Assembly (NCBI GenBank): GCA_033762295.1
Contig: JANRLW010000073.1
Location: 1-63,694 of the forward strand
Source: Capsulimonadales bacterium
GTDB lineage: Bacteria > Armatimonadota > Armatimonadia > Armatimonadales > Armatimonadaceae
Length of the DNA stretch: 63,694 nt
Reading direction: 5' to 3'
A model generated the notes under the pieces. That model made no database searches and was not told the DNA's origin. It worked only from the letters and a program-made list of their open reading frames with translations. Shown here piece after piece: positions 1-9,312 of this stretch. Within the stretch, counting starts at the first letter, position 1. Every line of letters starts with the position of its first letter. The position numbers and the translations under genes were made by a program.

Positions 1-61
1 GACGACCCGCCCGCCCGCCCGTACGCTCCCTGGGCCGTCCCGTAATCACCGGCGACCGCAC

Positions 62-91
62 TTGACACCGCCGCCGGTCGAGCGGTAAAAT
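62..91 (+). promoter_or_regulatory. sigma70-type promoter of the IclR operon
   Basis: TTGACA (62-67), 18-nt spacer, TAAAAT (86-91), upstream of ATG at 128. Confidence 0.65.
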
Positions 92-98
92 CCCGACA

Positions 99-134
99 GT
101 TCCCACAAATGGAACGCTATTTCATATATGGAAT
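99..134. promoter_or_regulatory. two tandem palindromic operator-like sites (putative IclR autoregulation)
   Basis: GTTCC-N7-GGAAC (99-115) and ATTTCATATATGGAAT (119-134, one mismatch), overlapping the predicted TSS region and the start codon. Confidence 0.5.
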
Positions 135-922
135 TCAAAGAGGATGGTTCCACGGTTCCTGCGGTGGAGCGGGCGCTCGATATTCTCGAACTTCTGGAAT
201 CCGACGGCGCGCCCCTCACCATGACCGCGATCGCCGAGTCCCTGGGTCTGCCCAGAGCGTCGGTCCATCGACTTCTGGCGACACTGACCGCACGCGGATA
301 TGTGACACGGGACGGCGACCCTTACCGGACGTACCGGCCGGGCACCCGATGGGCGGCGCTCGGGGCGCGTGCGGCCGCGAGGATGGATATTCCCCGGATC
401 GCCGGTCCCCTGCTGGAACGGTTGGCGGCGGAAACGGGCGAGGGATGCCAGTTATCGGTTCGGGTCGACCGGCAGGCCGTCTGTCTGCTGCGTGTTCCCT
501 CTCCGATCCATCCTGAAATCACCCTGACCGGCGGGGCCGGACACTCCTTCCCGCTGCATGCGACGGCGATCGGGAAGGCGTTGCTGGCGTTCGCACCGGA
601 GAGCGTCCGTACCGCCTATTCGCAGGGACCGCTTCCGCCGCAGACCGCGCGGACTCTGACCGATCCGGCGGCGCTTTGCGCCGAACTGGAGACGATCCGT
701 CACCAGGGGTTCGCGTTGGACGACGAGGAGTACAAACCCGGACTGTGCGCCTTCGCCGCGCCGGTGTTCGGTGGCGGCGCGGTCGTGGTCGCGGCCATCG
801 CCCTGCCGTTCTTGAAGGCGGCCGCGCCATCGCAGGACTATTGCGCGGCCGTGGTTCGAACGGCCGGAGAGATCTCCGCCCTGACGGGCGCGGGAGTGAA
901 GGGAACGTTCGAAACATCATGA
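128..922 (+). CDS. IclR family transcriptional regulator
   Basis: N-terminal HTH (AVERALDILELL...LPRASVHRLLATL); C-terminal IclR signature PLHATAIGKALLA and GFALDDEE. Confidence 0.93.
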   Translation: MEFKEDGSTVPAVERALDILELLESDGAPLTMTAIAESLGLPRASVHRLLATLTARGYVTRDGDPYRTYRPGTRWAALGARAAARMDIPRIAGPLLERLAAETGEGCQLSVRVDRQAVCLLRVPSPIHPEITLTGGAGHSFPLHATAIGKALLAFAPESVRTAYSQGPLPPQTARTLTDPAALCAELETIRHQGFALDDEEYKPGLCAFAAPVFGGGAVVVAAIALPFLKAAAPSQDYCAAVVRTAGEISALTGAGVKGTFETS

Positions 923-1353
923 CCATCGCCGACCTGAATCAAATGGAGGGACGCCACTATCCCGCCCGTCGCCGAACCCGCAATCTGGTCGGCGGTTCCT
1001 CGCCGATCCGCTGCGAAAACTTCTGCCTGGGTTATGTGGTGCTGGAACCGGACGGCGGGCAGGTGCCCTGGCATAACCAGGAGCAGGAAGAGGTCTACTT
1101 CATCGTTTCCGGTCACGGCGAAATGTGCCTGGGCGAGGAACGACAGGACATATCCGCCGGGCAATGTGTGCATATTCCCACCGGTATCTTCCATCAGCTG
1201 ACCAATACCGGGGACCAACCGATGATCATGCTCTACTGTTACGGCCCGGCCGGGGAGGTCGCCCACTGGCGGCAGGAACTCGACGGAACGCTGCCTCGCG
1301 CCGGCACGGAAGCTCCGTCGCTGCCGGAAGGCGCGCGACCACAGATCGTTTGA
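919..1353 (+). CDS. cupin domain protein
   Basis: ATGA overlap with the IclR stop; cupin motifs PWHNQEQEEVYFIVSGHG and HIPTGIFHQLTN. Confidence 0.88.
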   Translation: MTIADLNQMEGRHYPARRRTRNLVGGSSPIRCENFCLGYVVLEPDGGQVPWHNQEQEEVYFIVSGHGEMCLGEERQDISAGQCVHIPTGIFHQLTNTGDQPMIMLYCYGPAGEVAHWRQELDGTLPRAGTEAPSLPEGARPQIV

Positions 1354-1366
1354 CAGGAGGACCGAC

Positions 1367-2533
1367 ATGGCGGAACAACGCGTGGGCGTCATTATGAACG
1401 GCGTCACGGGACGAATGGGCACCCATCAGCACCTGCTGCGCTCCCTCGTCGCCATTATCAAGCAGGGCGGTGTCCGACTCGCCGAGGGAGAGTACCTCGT
1501 CCCGGACCCGATACTGGTCGGACGCAGCGATACCAGACTCCGACACCTGGCCGAACTGGCGCAGCGGGAAGGGGTTGCCGTCCGCCGGACGACCGACCTC
1601 GATGCCGCGCTCGCCGATCCGCAGGACTCGATCTATTTCGACGCCCAGCTTACCCGGCTTCGCGCCCCGGCGGTGACGAAGGCGATCGAGGCCGGCAAAC
1701 ATATCTACTGCGAAAAACCGAGCGGGGTCACCACCGGGGAGGCGTACGAACTCTACCGGCAGGCCAAGGAAAAGGGGGTCCGGCACGGGGTCGTGCAGGA
1801 CAAACTCTTCCTGCCCGGACTCCTCAAACTGAAGAACCTGATCGATACCGGATTCTTTGGCGAGATCCTCTCGGTGCGGGGAGAGTTCGGCTACTGGGTG
1901 TTCACCGGACATGACGCCATACCGATTCAGCGACCGTCCTGGAACTATCGCCGGGAGGAGGGGGGCGGCATCATCGTCGATATGCTCTGCCACTGGCGCT
2001 ACGTGCTCGACAACCTGTTCGGAGAGGTTCGGGCGGTCTCCTGCCTGGGCGCGACCCATGTCCGGGAGCGAGTCGACGAGAACGGGGAGCCGTACGTCTG
2101 TACGGCGGATGATGCCGCCTATGCGACCTTCGAACTGGCTAACGGCATCATTGCCCAGTTCAACTCCTCGTGGACGGTGCGTGTACGCCGCGACGATCTC
2201 CTGACCGTCCAGGTGGACGGCACGAAGGGAACGGCGGTTGCGGGTCTGCGCAATTGCGTGATTCAGCCGTACGGAGCCACTCCGCGCCCGGTCTGGAATC
2301 CGGACCTCGACTCTCCGATCGATTTTTACGCCGATTGGATGAAGGTGCCGACCAACCAGGTCTTCGATAACGGTTTCAAGACCCAGTGGGAGATGTTTCT
2401 TCGGCATGTCGCCCTCGGCACGCCCTTTCCTCACGATCTGCGCGAGGGAGCCAAAGGGGTTCAACTGGCCGAAGCGGGTCTTCGATCCTGGTCGGAACGC
2501 CGCTGGATCACCCTGGAGGAACTGCCGACATGA
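1367..2533 (+). CDS. Gfo/Idh/MocA family oxidoreductase
   Basis: N-terminal [37 protein letters not shown] upstream. Confidence 0.92.
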   Translation: MAEQRVGVIMNGVTGRMGTHQHLLRSLVAIIKQGGVRLAEGEYLVPDPILVGRSDTRLRHLAELAQREGVAVRRTTDLDAALADPQDSIYFDAQLTRLRAPAVTKAIEAGKHIYCEKPSGVTTGEAYELYRQAKEKGVRHGVVQDKLFLPGLLKLKNLIDTGFFGEILSVRGEFGYWVFTGHDAIPIQRPSWNYRREEGGGIIVDMLCHWRYVLDNLFGEVRAVSCLGATHVRERVDENGEPYVCTADDAAYATFELANGIIAQFNSSWTVRVRRDDLLTVQVDGTKGTAVAGLRNCVIQPYGATPRPVWNPDLDSPIDFYADWMKVPTNQVFDNGFKTQWEMFLRHVALGTPFPHDLREGAKGVQLAEAGLRSWSERRWITLEELPT

Positions 2534-3762
2534 CTTCCCTGTTTCAAGACGCCTTCGCCTTCGCTCAGGCGCAGGTCCGTCGGGTCCTGGAAAAGTACCC
2601 GCCGACGGACTCGCTCTATTACCCGATGTACACGGTCGACGGGAAGTTCGGATCGGATCGGAAGCGGTGGACGCACTGGTGCGACGGTTTCTTCCCCGGC
2701 ATGATGTTTGTCTTCGCCGAAGCGACCGGCGACCCGTTCTGGCTCGATCACGCCGTCCGGTACGCAACGCCTCTGGAAGACCGCCGGTATGACCGTGCGG
2801 TTCATGACCTGGGCTTCCTGTTCTTTTCCACCTATCTGCGGTGGCGTGCGCTGGGCGGCCCCGTCGAGCGCATCGACCCGGTCCTGATCCAGGCCGGGAA
2901 AACGATGGCGATGCGGTTCATGGCGAACGGGCAGTACCTGCGCTCGTTCGTGGAACCGGCGTCCCTGTTCATCGATATCATGATGAATGTCGGCACCGTC
3001 TTTCATGCGGGAACGGTTACGGGGGACTCTCATCTGCTGGCCATCGCCCATCGGCACTGCGAAACGTCGCGTCGTTGTCTGGTGCGCGGCGATGGTTCCA
3101 CCGCGCATGAGGCGTTGTTCGACCTCGAAACCGGCGAGTGCCTTCGTCAATCGACGCATCAGGGATATCGCGGCGACTCCTGCTGGTCGCGCGGCCTGGC
3201 CTGGTCCCTCTACGGTTTCGTTCGTTCTTACCGGCAGACCGGACGGGCGGAGTACCTCGCCACGGCGGAAGCGAACGCCGCCTATCTGATCGCTCACCTC
3301 CCGGCGGGTGGAGTCACCCCCTGGGATTTCGACGCTCCGCTCGATGGACCGCTGTCCCGGTCGCAGGTCGACACCTCCGCGTCGGCCATCGCCGCTTCCG
3401 GTCTTCTGGACCTTTCGGACGACTGCCCGGACCGGGTCCGGGCGGTTACGTACCGACAGATGGCTCTGTCCCTGCTCGGGCGTCTCTGTACGGACTATCT
3501 GGGGGACCGGACGCCCGGTTTTGAGGGTATTCTGAACGGCGGCGTTTACCATATTCATAAGAACCTGGGCGTCCATGAGGCGGTGCTTTTCGGCGACTTC
3601 TTTTTTGTCGAAGCGCTCCGGAAGGCGCTGACTTCGAGCGCACCGACGCCTGATCCGGTCATCCTTCCGTACCCGGAGGACTCGCTGCCCGCCGTCTACC
3701 GGACCTGGCAGGACGGACCGACCGAGGAGGAGATGCCGTCGCCTTCCGAGGGATCAAGATGA
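2530..3762 (+). CDS. glycoside hydrolase family 88 (unsaturated glucuronyl hydrolase-like)
   Basis: ATGA overlap at 2530; [23 protein letters not shown]...[19 protein letters not shown] and [10 protein letters not shown] motifs. Confidence 0.88.
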   Translation: MTSLFQDAFAFAQAQVRRVLEKYPPTDSLYYPMYTVDGKFGSDRKRWTHWCDGFFPGMMFVFAEATGDPFWLDHAVRYATPLEDRRYDRAVHDLGFLFFSTYLRWRALGGPVERIDPVLIQAGKTMAMRFMANGQYLRSFVEPASLFIDIMMNVGTVFHAGTVTGDSHLLAIAHRHCETSRRCLVRGDGSTAHEALFDLETGECLRQSTHQGYRGDSCWSRGLAWSLYGFVRSYRQTGRAEYLATAEANAAYLIAHLPAGGVTPWDFDAPLDGPLSRSQVDTSASAIAASGLLDLSDDCPDRVRAVTYRQMALSLLGRLCTDYLGDRTPGFEGILNGGVYHIHKNLGVHEAVLFGDFFFVEALRKALTSSAPTPDPVILPYPEDSLPAVYRTWQDGPTEEEMPSPSEGSR

Positions 3763-4529
3763 ATGTCGCGCTGGTCACCGGCGCCGGTCGGGGTATCGGG
3801 CGGGGCATCGTTCTCTCCCTGGCCCGGCTCGGCTGGCGGATCGTCATCAACTATGCGGGGAACGCCGAGGCAGCCGACGAATGTCTTCGTCTGGCGCGGG
3901 AAGCGGGAGGCGACGGCATCACGGTCCGGGCGGACATCGCTCTGGCGGAGGATCGCGAACGTCTGGTCGACACCGCGTATACCGCCTGCGGGCGACTGGA
4001 CCTGCTGGTCAACAATGCGGGAATCGCGCCGACGGTTCGGGCGGACCTTCTGGAGGCGTCGGAGGCGTCTTTTGACAGACTGATCGCCGTCAACCTCAAA
4101 GGTCCGTACTTCCTCACGCAGTCGGTCGCCCGGCGTATGATCGAGCAGGTTCGCGAGCCTTCCGGGTTTCCGCCGCCCCAGATCGTCACGGTCACCTCGA
4201 TCTCCGCGTATACCGCGTCGACGAACCGGGGGGATTACTGCATCAGCAAAGCGGGTCTGGGAATGGCGACGGCGCTCTGGGCGGTTCGTCTGGCGGAGTA
4301 CGGCATTCGGGTGTACGAGATCCGGCCGGGGGTCATCGCGACCGACATGACCGGCGGGGTCCGGGAGAAGTACGACCGGTTGATCGAGCAGGGGGCCTGG
4401 CCGATCCGGCGATGGGGTCAGCCGGAGGATATCGGTCGCGCGGTCGCCGCGATCGCTGGCGGGGATTTTCCTTTCTCGACCGGCGCTATCTTCGACGTGG
4501 ACGGCGGCTTTCATCTCCGAACGCTTTGA
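3759..4529 (+). CDS. SDR family oxidoreductase (3-ketoacyl-ACP reductase-like)
   Basis: [12 protein letters not shown] and YCISK (YxxxK) motifs. Confidence 0.92.
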   Translation: MNVALVTGAGRGIGRGIVLSLARLGWRIVINYAGNAEAADECLRLAREAGGDGITVRADIALAEDRERLVDTAYTACGRLDLLVNNAGIAPTVRADLLEASEASFDRLIAVNLKGPYFLTQSVARRMIEQVREPSGFPPPQIVTVTSISAYTASTNRGDYCISKAGLGMATALWAVRLAEYGIRVYEIRPGVIATDMTGGVREKYDRLIEQGAWPIRRWGQPEDIGRAVAAIAGGDFPFSTGAIFDVDGGFHLRTL

Positions 4530-4562
4530 GCGTCCGGCGTCGACGGTACCCGGTTGAATAGT

Positions 4563-4621
4563 GGGGGAAGTGCCACCTACCGGACTCGAACCGGTGACAC
4601 GAGGATTTTCAGTCCTCTGCT
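4563..4621 (-). repeat. 59-bp direct repeat of the tRNA-Phe 3' portion (att-like)
   Basis: Identical to 5394-5452 except one base (4593 g vs 5424 a); covers tRNA nt ~23-73 plus 8 downstream nt. Confidence 0.92.
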
Positions 4622-5049
4622 GCGTCGGTCGTCCAATCCTCAAAGGCAACATTGGGTATTTGCGAAAAGTGGCGTGTATTACGTGTGATAACCGTTGCTC
4701 CGTGGATTATCGCCGTTGCAGCGATTTTGCAGTCCGCGCTGCCATTGCGCTTGATGACAGCGGAAAAACTGCGGTAAAGCCGATCTGCGACCTCCGAATA
4801 GGGGAGTATCGGATACTGGTTCAGTTGGCTCAGGAGAAAGACAAGAAGACTATATCCTGCCGTTCCTTTGCCGGTGGTCTCTTCCTTGCGTATAAGTGCG
4901 AGAGCGCCACGCAATACTTCCTCGGCAGTCACGGCGCTAACATAGACGGATGTACGTTGCCGCTCGAGTCTTTCGACCAGATCGGGAGCTTGTTTCTTTG
5001 TTGTCGATCGGCTTAACAGCGTAAACACGTCCGTGTCAAGCACGATCAC
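4609..5049 (-). CDS. vapC: PIN-domain (VapC-like) toxin
   Basis: MIVLDTDVF, SAVTAEEVLRG, ADCKIAATAIIHGATVITRNTRHFSQIPNVAFEDW; GTGA overlap with the upstream gene. Confidence 0.9.
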   Translation of the reverse strand: MIVLDTDVFTLLSRSTTKKQAPDLVERLERQRTSVYVSAVTAEEVLRGALALIRKEETTGKGTAGYSLLVFLLSQLNQYPILPYSEVADRLYRSFSAVIKRNGSADCKIAATAIIHGATVITRNTRHFSQIPNVAFEDWTTDAAED

Positions 5050-5339
5050 AAGGCATCGCTCCCGACGAAATGCACGGCGTTATCTGTCTGGCGCTGGCGC
5101 TCGATTTCCTCAAGGAAGTCGTTCCATGTTTCGTCAGAGATTTCGGCGGGGGGTAAAATCGTCTGTTGAACGTCGTCGGCCAGGTCCACAGTAATAACCT
5201 GAGCCTGTCGGGTAGCTTGCCGAAACGCGGCAATCGCTTCGTCGGGCGTGTTGCCCTCTCCGTAAACCGCAAAACGACCGCTCCCGGTCACCCGGTAACG
5301 ACGATTCGGTAATGTTTCCAGAAGAGCTTGGGTCGTCAT
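5046..5339 (-). CDS. putative antitoxin with HicB-like N-terminus
   Basis: 97 aa upstream of and overlapping the PIN gene; GEGNTPDEAIAAFRQA resembles the HicB GxTxEEA motif; acidic C-terminal helix. Confidence 0.72.
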   Translation of the reverse strand: MTTQALLETLPNRRYRVTGSGRFAVYGEGNTPDEAIAAFRQATRQAQVITVDLADDVQQTILPPAEISDETWNDFLEEIERQRQTDNAVHFVGSDAL

Positions 5340-5345
5340 GCATTC

Positions 5346-5354
5346 ATTATAGCA
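5346..5354 (-). promoter_or_regulatory. extended -10 promoter of the TA operon (leaderless)
   Basis: TGCTATAAT located 6 nt before the ATG at 5339; no SD. Confidence 0.65.
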
Positions 5355-5401
5355 TGCAGGAAAAAAGGAGCCGGACACGTGCACGGCAACTTCGGGGGAA
5401 G

Positions 5402-5474
<73 letters not shown>

Positions 5475-5491
5475 GGGGTCGAACGAAGCAA

Positions 5492-5520
5492 ATTCTAACA
5501 CGAAATGCCCCTGTCCGCAA
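5492..5520 (-). promoter_or_regulatory. tRNA-Phe promoter
   Basis: TTGCGG-17 nt-TAGAAT with an extended TG. Confidence 0.6.
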
Positions 5521-5644
5521 GGGACCCGTTCCCCGAGAATGCGTCGGAGGCAGGAGGAATGATCGCGCGCCCCGGTGTACGTTCCATCATTCGCGATCGT
5601 CATGCCCGATCGGACGACCCACACGGGATTATGGAGAAACGCTG

Positions 5645-7951
5645 TTGCCCATTACCGACACCCCGCTCCTTCGTTTCGAAAACGATCGACTGACCCTCGA
5701 ATTCGATACCGTCACCGGACACTGGGTTTCGATGAACGATCGACAGGAGAACACGACGATTTTTCTGGGCGGAGAATCCGTTCGCCCCGTTCTGCTGACC
5801 GTGGGCGGCAGGACGACCGCACGAAGAGGGATCAATCAGCTGATCGCCCTCACCGATACCGAAACCATCGGACTGCACGGGACGCTCGACAGGATCGAAC
5901 AGAGCCGGTCCGCCACCGAAAACCGGCTGATCGTCCGCTGGCGCGAAAACGACTGGCGGGTTGCCCTCCGCTACACTCTGCGCCCCGGTTCCACACGCCT
6001 GGAGCGGACCGTCCGAATCGAGTATGTCGGCGAGGAGGAGACGCTTCTACGGTACTTTACCCTCCGAACCCCGCTGGCCCATCTCGGCTCGCCGGCCGAT
6101 ACCTACCTCGAGGCGCCCGGATTCGCCCTGCGCCCCGGACGACGCGTCAGTTCGTTCCTCCCCGGACCGATCGGCATCGGAATGCAGGGACCCTTCAGCG
6201 ACTCCCCGGCCTGGCATCCTCCCCTGATCGGTCTGCACCACCCGGAAAGCCGGCGCGCGCTCCTCTTCTGGGCCCATACCGAAACCGAACCGTTCTATCC
6301 GTCCGCCGACCGATATGACCACGGTCTCGGCTTCAGCCACCGGGTCTATCTGGCCGACCGGTTTCGTCGCGGTCATGCCCTCGAATGGGGCACACAGTTC
6401 CTCGAACTCCGCCATGAGGACTGGATGACCGCTCTGGCCCGCTTCCCGGACTTCTATGACGAGGCAGGTTTCCACGCCCCGGAGGATGTCGCCGACTGGG
6501 CGCGCTCCCTGAACCTGTACGAGGTGCATGTCGGCACCCTGACCGGAACCGGCCTCGCCCCCTATCCGACCTACGAACCGCTGATCGCCGATCTTCCCCG
6601 TATCCGCGCCAACGGGTTCGACGCCGTCTACATCATGCCGCATGTCCCCTATCCCTCGTATTCGGTCATCGATTATCGAAACATGGAGATACAACAGGGC
6701 TCCGATCAGGGATTTCGAGCCTTTATTCGACGCGCCCACGAACTGAATCTGAAGGTGTTCATGGATGTGACCATGCACGGGGTTCTCGATCGGCGGGCAA
6801 GGCGTCTCCTGGCGACCCTGGACGGGCATCGCGCGGACTCCTACCCGGTCGAACCGAGCATGCCGGAAGAGCACCCCTATCTCGCCGCTCACCCCGAATG
6901 GTTCTGCCGGAACGAGGACGGCGACATTGCCATGACCTACACCTACGCCTTCGATCATGCCTGCCCGTCCTGGCAGGACTTCATGGTCGATGTCTTCCGC
7001 TATTATGTCGAAGAATACGATGTGGACGGGTTCCGGGTCGACTCCCATACCTGGAACTTCTTCCCCAACTGGGCGCGAGACCTGCCCTACCCGGCCAGTC
7101 GCAGCTTTTACGGGTCGGCTCAGCTTTTCCGTCGGGTCCGCCGGGAACTGAAGGCGATCAAACCGGACGTCGTCCTCTACACCGAAACCCCCGGCCCGCT
7201 GCTGCATACGTCGCACGAAATGAGTTATAACTATGACGAGGCATGGCTGCTTCTCAGCCTGCTTCCTCTCCGGTCTCGACGCGGCATGCTCTGCCACTTC
7301 GCGCAGGCGGGCCATGTCACCGGCCCCCGCCTGACCGCCGCCGACATCGCCCGGTGGATGACCCAGCGGCGTTATGTCCTGCCTCGCGGCGCGATCAAGA
7401 TGCGCAGCCTGGATTCCCACGACTCCTACTGGCGTCCCCAGGAGTTTCGTAGCGCCACCTTCGGCATTCCGGCATCGCGCGCCATCGTCGGCCTTTTCGC
7501 TTTCCTCGACGGCGGGTTCATGGACTACAACGGCGCGGACCGGGGATCGGAAGCGTTCTATCGAAAGGTCATGCGCCTCCGCCGATCGGAGCCCGCCCTG
7601 CGTGAGGGGACCTGCGACCTGCTGGCCGTCACACCGTCCGATCCGATGGCCATCGCCCCGCTCCGGCAGACCGTCGGCCAGACGCTGCTCGCCGTCCTTT
7701 ATTTCGAGGACCGTTCGGCGCGCATCGGTCTGCCCATCCCGCCCGACGTCCTCCCTGCCGATCACGACACCTTTCTCGTACGAGATCGGATGTCCGGTCG
7801 GATCGTTCCCGGACCGAATGGGAACCGTGGCTGGAAACGGGAGGAGTTAACGGACTTCGCGGCGGATATGAAACCGTACGGGGTACGTCTGCTGGAATTC
7901 GTTCCCGATCTCCGAACCCGAAACGACGATTCGTTCTCCCGATCGCCTTGA
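5645..7951 (+). CDS. GH13 (alpha-amylase clan) glycoside hydrolase with a long N-terminal domain
   Basis: LYEVHV, GFDAVYIMP, RAHELNLKVFMD, DVDGFRVD (nucleophile), LYTE (acid/base), DSHD; TTG start with GGAG SD. Confidence 0.78.
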   Translation: MPITDTPLLRFENDRLTLEFDTVTGHWVSMNDRQENTTIFLGGESVRPVLLTVGGRTTARRGINQLIALTDTETIGLHGTLDRIEQSRSATENRLIVRWRENDWRVALRYTLRPGSTRLERTVRIEYVGEEETLLRYFTLRTPLAHLGSPADTYLEAPGFALRPGRRVSSFLPGPIGIGMQGPFSDSPAWHPPLIGLHHPESRRALLFWAHTETEPFYPSADRYDHGLGFSHRVYLADRFRRGHALEWGTQFLELRHEDWMTALARFPDFYDEAGFHAPEDVADWARSLNLYEVHVGTLTGTGLAPYPTYEPLIADLPRIRANGFDAVYIMPHVPYPSYSVIDYRNMEIQQGSDQGFRAFIRRAHELNLKVFMDVTMHGVLDRRARRLLATLDGHRADSYPVEPSMPEEHPYLAAHPEWFCRNEDGDIAMTYTYAFDHACPSWQDFMVDVFRYYVEEYDVDGFRVDSHTWNFFPNWARDLPYPASRSFYGSAQLFRRVRRELKAIKPDVVLYTETPGPLLHTSHEMSYNYDEAWLLLSLLPLRSRRGMLCHFAQAGHVTGPRLTAADIARWMTQRRYVLPRGAIKMRSLDSHDSYWRPQEFRSATFGIPASRAIVGLFAFLDGGFMDYNGADRGSEAFYRKVMRLRRSEPALREGTCDLLAVTPSDPMAIAPLRQTVGQTLLAVLYFEDRSARIGLPIPPDVLPADHDTFLVRDRMSGRIVPGPNGNRGWKREELTDFAADMKPYGVRLLEFVPDLRTRNDDSFSRSP

Positions 7952-8035
7952 TCCTTTCCCTGGTTCCGTCGGTCCTCCGCTTGCCGGAGGGGTCGGTAAA
8001 CCGACAACCGCCTTCCCGATTCGGGCCGCCCCCCC

Positions 8036-8290
8036 GAACAACAGGCAAAGACACAGGCCGACCATCGGTACCTAATGGCGCTCCTCGGGATCACGGCGTT
8101 GCGTCCCGGCGGGAACGGTAACCCGAACGCACCGGACGCCGGCAGGAGGTCAACCGATGGATCCGAAGCAGCGGCGAATGGGACGCCGTCCTCGATTTTG
8201 ACGCCGGACCCTCTGGACCATCTGCATCCGACCGGCCCCGGCTACCGCGTCCTGGCCGAATCGATCGACCTGCGGCTGTTCCGGTCGTGA
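8036..8290 (+). pseudogene. esterase remnant: CE15-like N-terminal fragment plus frameshifted SGNH/GDSL C-terminal fragments
   Basis: Frame A: TQADHRYLMALLGITALRPGGNGNPNAP; frame B 8140-8205: RQEVNRWIRSSGEWDAVLDFDA; back in frame A: DHLHPTGPGYRVLAESIDLRLF (SGNH DxxH block). Confidence 0.68.
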
Positions 8291-8343
8291 AAGAACGGAC
8301 CGTGGCAGGAACCCTCCGGAAGGGCGCCGGAGTATTTCAGGCG

Positions 8344-9312
8344 ATGAATACGCCGATTTCTCGCCTTGCCGCCTTTGCGGAACGACTGCGCCCCGATGCC
8401 GCGCGGTTGGATACGGAGGATGGCCTGGTACGGGAATGGTTTGACGCCTTCCGGAACGAAGGCTTCCATGAACTGGGCGGAAGTCGCGCGCCGCTTTCCG
8501 GGGAGGAGTTTGCGGAGGTCCTGGCGACTCTGGGCGCGGTCAGCGGCGCGTTCGCCTTCGTGGCGTTGCAGCAGATTGTCGCGAATATGCATCTGGCCGT
8601 TCCGGAGGAACCTTCCTGGCCCGTCGTCGGCGTGGCTTTCGGACATCTGAGAAATGTCGCCGGTCCCGCCCCCGTCTGGGACGGTGCGACGGTCTCCGGT
8701 TTCGTTCCCTGGCTGACGGGAGCGAATCTTTTCCCCGAAGTCATTCTGGGTATGCGGACGCTCGACGGAGACGAAGTTTTCGCGCGCGTCGATGCCCGCG
8801 ACCGACCGGCGTTTCGTCATTCCGAACCGATGCCCCTCATCGCCTGCGCCGGAACGCGGACGGTCACCGTGCGGGTGGACGGTCTGTCCGTTTCGCCGTC
8901 GCAGGTGCTGCGCAGCCAGCCGAACGGCACGATGGCCGAGGGCGACGCGCAAAGCGTTCTCTATCAGACGCCCCTGATGGTCGGATGCGCACGGGCTTGC
9001 CTGTCCCTGATCGCGGCGTCAGGCCGCCTTGGCGACGAGGAGAAAAGTCGGTATCGTAAAACGGTCAAAGCCCGTCTGGAATCCGTACGGGAAGCGTTCT
9101 CCGGAAGCGATGCCTTGCAGGGGCGACGACTGCGGGCGCGGTTGGGCGACCTGACCGTACGGCTCGCCCGTCTCGCGGTGATGGCTTCCGGCGGTTCCGC
9201 TCTGATCACCGGTCACCCGGCGGAACGGCTCTATCGTGAGGCGCTGCTTTACTCCCTGATGGCACAGACACCGGAGATCGTTCAGGATGCGTTCGCGGAG
9301 GCGCTGAGATGA
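8344..9312 (+). CDS. acyl-CoA dehydrogenase-like flavoprotein
   Basis: VSGFVPWLTG, ACAGTRTVTVRVDG, AVMASGGSALITGHPAERLYREA; alternative GTG start at 8287. Confidence 0.8.
   Translation: MNTPISRLAAFAERLRPDAARLDTEDGLVREWFDAFRNEGFHELGGSRAPLSGEEFAEVLATLGAVSGAFAFVALQQIVANMHLAVPEEPSWPVVGVAFGHLRNVAGPAPVWDGATVSGFVPWLTGANLFPEVILGMRTLDGDEVFARVDARDRPAFRHSEPMPLIACAGTRTVTVRVDGLSVSPSQVLRSQPNGTMAEGDAQSVLYQTPLMVGCARACLSLIAASGRLGDEEKSRYRKTVKARLESVREAFSGSDALQGRRLRARLGDLTVRLARLAVMASGGSALITGHPAERLYREALLYSLMAQTPEIVQDAFAEALR

Noticed and set aside
4563..4621. Second tRNA-Phe gene
   Set aside because: Lacks the 5' acceptor strand and D-arm; it is a fragment only
4561..5016. 151-aa plus-strand ORF
   Set aside because: Antisense to the clear PIN gene and starts inside the tRNA repeat
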